Assembly (NCBI RefSeq): GCF_004010195.1
Contig: NC_057718.1
Span: 43,718,280-43,782,279, forward strand
Reading direction: 5' to 3'
Source of the DNA: Chiloscyllium plagiosum
Lineage: Eukaryota
DNA: 64,000 bases
Translations under genes and position numbers: made by a program
Shown here: positions 62,020 through 64,000 of the stretch, one piece after another
Numbering within the stretch: the first letter of the stretch is position 1
Layout of the letters: every line of letters starts with the position of its first letter
The notes under the pieces: model-generated
What the model saw: only the letters and a program-made list of their open reading frames with translations
The model's database searches: none
Told to the model about the DNA's origin: nothing

Positions 62020-64000
62020 TGTCACAAAATTAGTCCCTTTTCTTGCTAAAAGCTGTTCCTTGGCTTAAGGAGACTCCGACCCTGATTTTTGTCAGAGAGG
62101 CAATTAACCAGGTTGGACTCCGATCTGTCTGGTGTGGTACAGAGATGAAAAGGATTTTGAGAGGCCTTTTGTTTATATGTAAACAGATGAGACTTCAGGC
62201 CAAAGTGGTCATGCTTTAGATGTGACCTGTATAAAGGAAAGGGGAGTGGTCAGCTCTCTAGCTGAGCTGGGCTGAGCACTTTTAGTTCAGGCTTGAACTG
62301 GGAAGTTCAACAGGGAGCTGTGTGTAAACTTTCTCTCTTTTCTGCCCTTCAACTTCAACCTGTAAGCATGTGTTCCATTTATACTGGGTTTTAAAGGGAG
62401 TTTGCTTACTGGGACTGTTGTATGTATTCAGAACAGCATAATTAAGTCTAGTTGGATAGTAGGATTCTGTAGGGGTTCTTTATTCTGTTCTTTGTGTTTC
62501 ATTGTGTACTTTTGTGAATACATTTTTTGTCTGTTTTAAAATCTAGTACTGAAAATGTGTTGCTGGAAAAGCGCAGCAGGTCAGGCAGCATCCAAGGAAC
62601 AGGAGAATTGACGTTTCGGGCATAAGCCCTTCTTCAGGAATGCCCAAAATGTCGATTCTCCTGTTCCTTGGATGCTGCCTGACCTGCTGCGCTTTTCCAG
62701 CAACACATTTTCAGCTCTGATCTCCGCCATCTGCAGCCCTCACTTTCTCCTTTAAAATCTAGTAGTAACCTAGCTATCTTATTCCGGGTAATTCACTGTA
62801 CACTTACTGAAACAAATTGCAAAGTTAGATCAAGGGCTGCCTGCTTAAAGATGTTTTGAGTGGTCTAGCTGAGTCCATAACAGATTGGGAGCTCTTTGCG
62901 GAATTTTAAACAGCGAGTGGTAGGTGCTAGTGTCTTTATTTCAGGTGTTGACTTAGTTGGGTAGACAAAGCTTGGGATAGGAATGGCTCTTTCAGTCGCC
63001 AAAAGATTTCTGGAAGTGGATGTGATGACTTTGGAGGTTTTGCAAGAAGTCAATAAGACCAAGCTGCAGGAATTAGCAGACCAGCGGGGATTAGAACTGC
63101 CTCCTTCTGTGAGGAAAGGAGAGATAAATACAGCAGTAGCTCAGCATTTAAACTTGCTGGCGAAACCATCAGAATCTATAGAGTTGGCAAGAATTCAATT
63201 GCAAATGAAACAGCTTGAGTTAGAGGCGAGAGGTAAGGAAAGGGCAGCAGAAATAAAACAGTTTGAGTTACGATTAAAAGCAAAAGAGAGGGAAAAAGAG
63301 AGCAGAGAAAGAAAAAGAGAGTGATTTTGAACTCCAAAAACTGAGACTTGAAAAGGAAAGTCAGCATAAAAAGCTGGAGATAAAGGCTGAGGATAAGCTC
63401 AGTGAGGAAGTAATGTGAACTCATGTGGAAGAGCAGAGAGTTAAAACAGCAAGGTTAGCAGCTGAAGTGGCTGGTGATTATTTGCTGGTCCATAAAACTT
63501 GGTTTGGCTTTCACTGTCAATTTCAGTCCATGAGGGATAGAAATTAGGGCAAAGAGAAATCCTCATGTGGAAAGGGAAAGGTAGATCTCAGTGAAGATTA
63601 TAAGGATAACTTATCACAGGGTAAAAAAGAAACCCTTGAGGAGTACAAAGAAGTTAAAAGGTTCAAGTGTTTTCATTGTAAAAAAGTGGACCATACAAAA
63701 TCAGTGTTGGTGGGCAAGGAGAAAGCCAGATGTAGGAAAGCAAAAAATTCTGGAAGTTTTGTTGGACTCTTAACAAAAGGCACAAGGAAAGTTAGACAAC
63801 TGCCTCAGAGTGTACAAGATGATCAGCGGTTGATTAAGGAGGAAGTGCCAGATCTGCTTAAAAAATATTCACGCAAGGGTAAAGGTTATTCAAATAGGCC
63901 AGGAGTAATAGGTAAGGAGGTTACAATATTAAAGGACACAGGATCCTCTCAGTCTGTAATGCTAAAGGGTGAGGAGACATGTACTACTGAGCGACTATTG
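62020..64000 (+). mobile_element. Gypsy/Ty3 LTR retrotransposon 5' part (LTR, primer-binding site, decayed gag-protease)
   Basis: LTR TGTCAC (62020)...ATAACA (62882). PBS-like ttgggagctc (tRNA-Pro-like TGGGGGCTC). gag starts at 62983 (MALSVAKRFL...), with a CFHCKKVDH knuckle remnant and protease motif ILKDTGSSQS near 63930. Stops and frameshifts; runs off the window. Confidence 0.8.
62549..62750. mobile_element. Fold-back PLE mini-element inserted in the LTR, 14-bp TSD
   Basis: TSD tttaaaatctagta at 62535-62548 and 62751-62764. Intact hammerhead core on minus 62610-62637: CTGAAGA aGGGC ttat GCCC GAAA C GTC. Confidence 0.88.

Noticed and set aside
892..63773. ORF-track entries as host genes
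   Set aside because: The recognisable ones are CR1, Rex1, PLE or Gypsy fragments or their antisense frames. The rest are short, often start at non-ATG codons and show no recognisable domain.

Overview
Eukaryotic, repeat-rich intronic DNA from a cartilaginous fish. The species call (probably a shark) is inferred from HE1-type V-SINEs, HER1/CR1 LINEs and a Deu-domain SINE. There is no intact protein-coding gene; the ORF-track entries are retroelement fragments or spurious. Main finding: five consecutive + strand exons at 4067-4191, 13888-13957, 22686-22879, 50983-51114 and 59938-60211 match the two laminin-G domains of usherin (USH2A, human exons 23-27 as recalled from memory) in order, splice phase and protein sequence. 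Every one carries an inactivating lesion (frameshift, in-frame stop, internal deletion or a GT>AT donor). This looks like a decayed USH2A, at least of the long transmembrane isoform. The introns contain CR1/HER1, Rex1/Babar, Gypsy and Penelope-like elements (PLEs). A second theme is many short PLE-derived insertions, often fold-back, with 11-15 bp target-site duplications (TSDs) and minimal hammerhead-ribozyme cores, several with intact catalytic nucleotides. One 114-N assembly gap lies at 7989-8102. All alignments were done by eye and none were computed.
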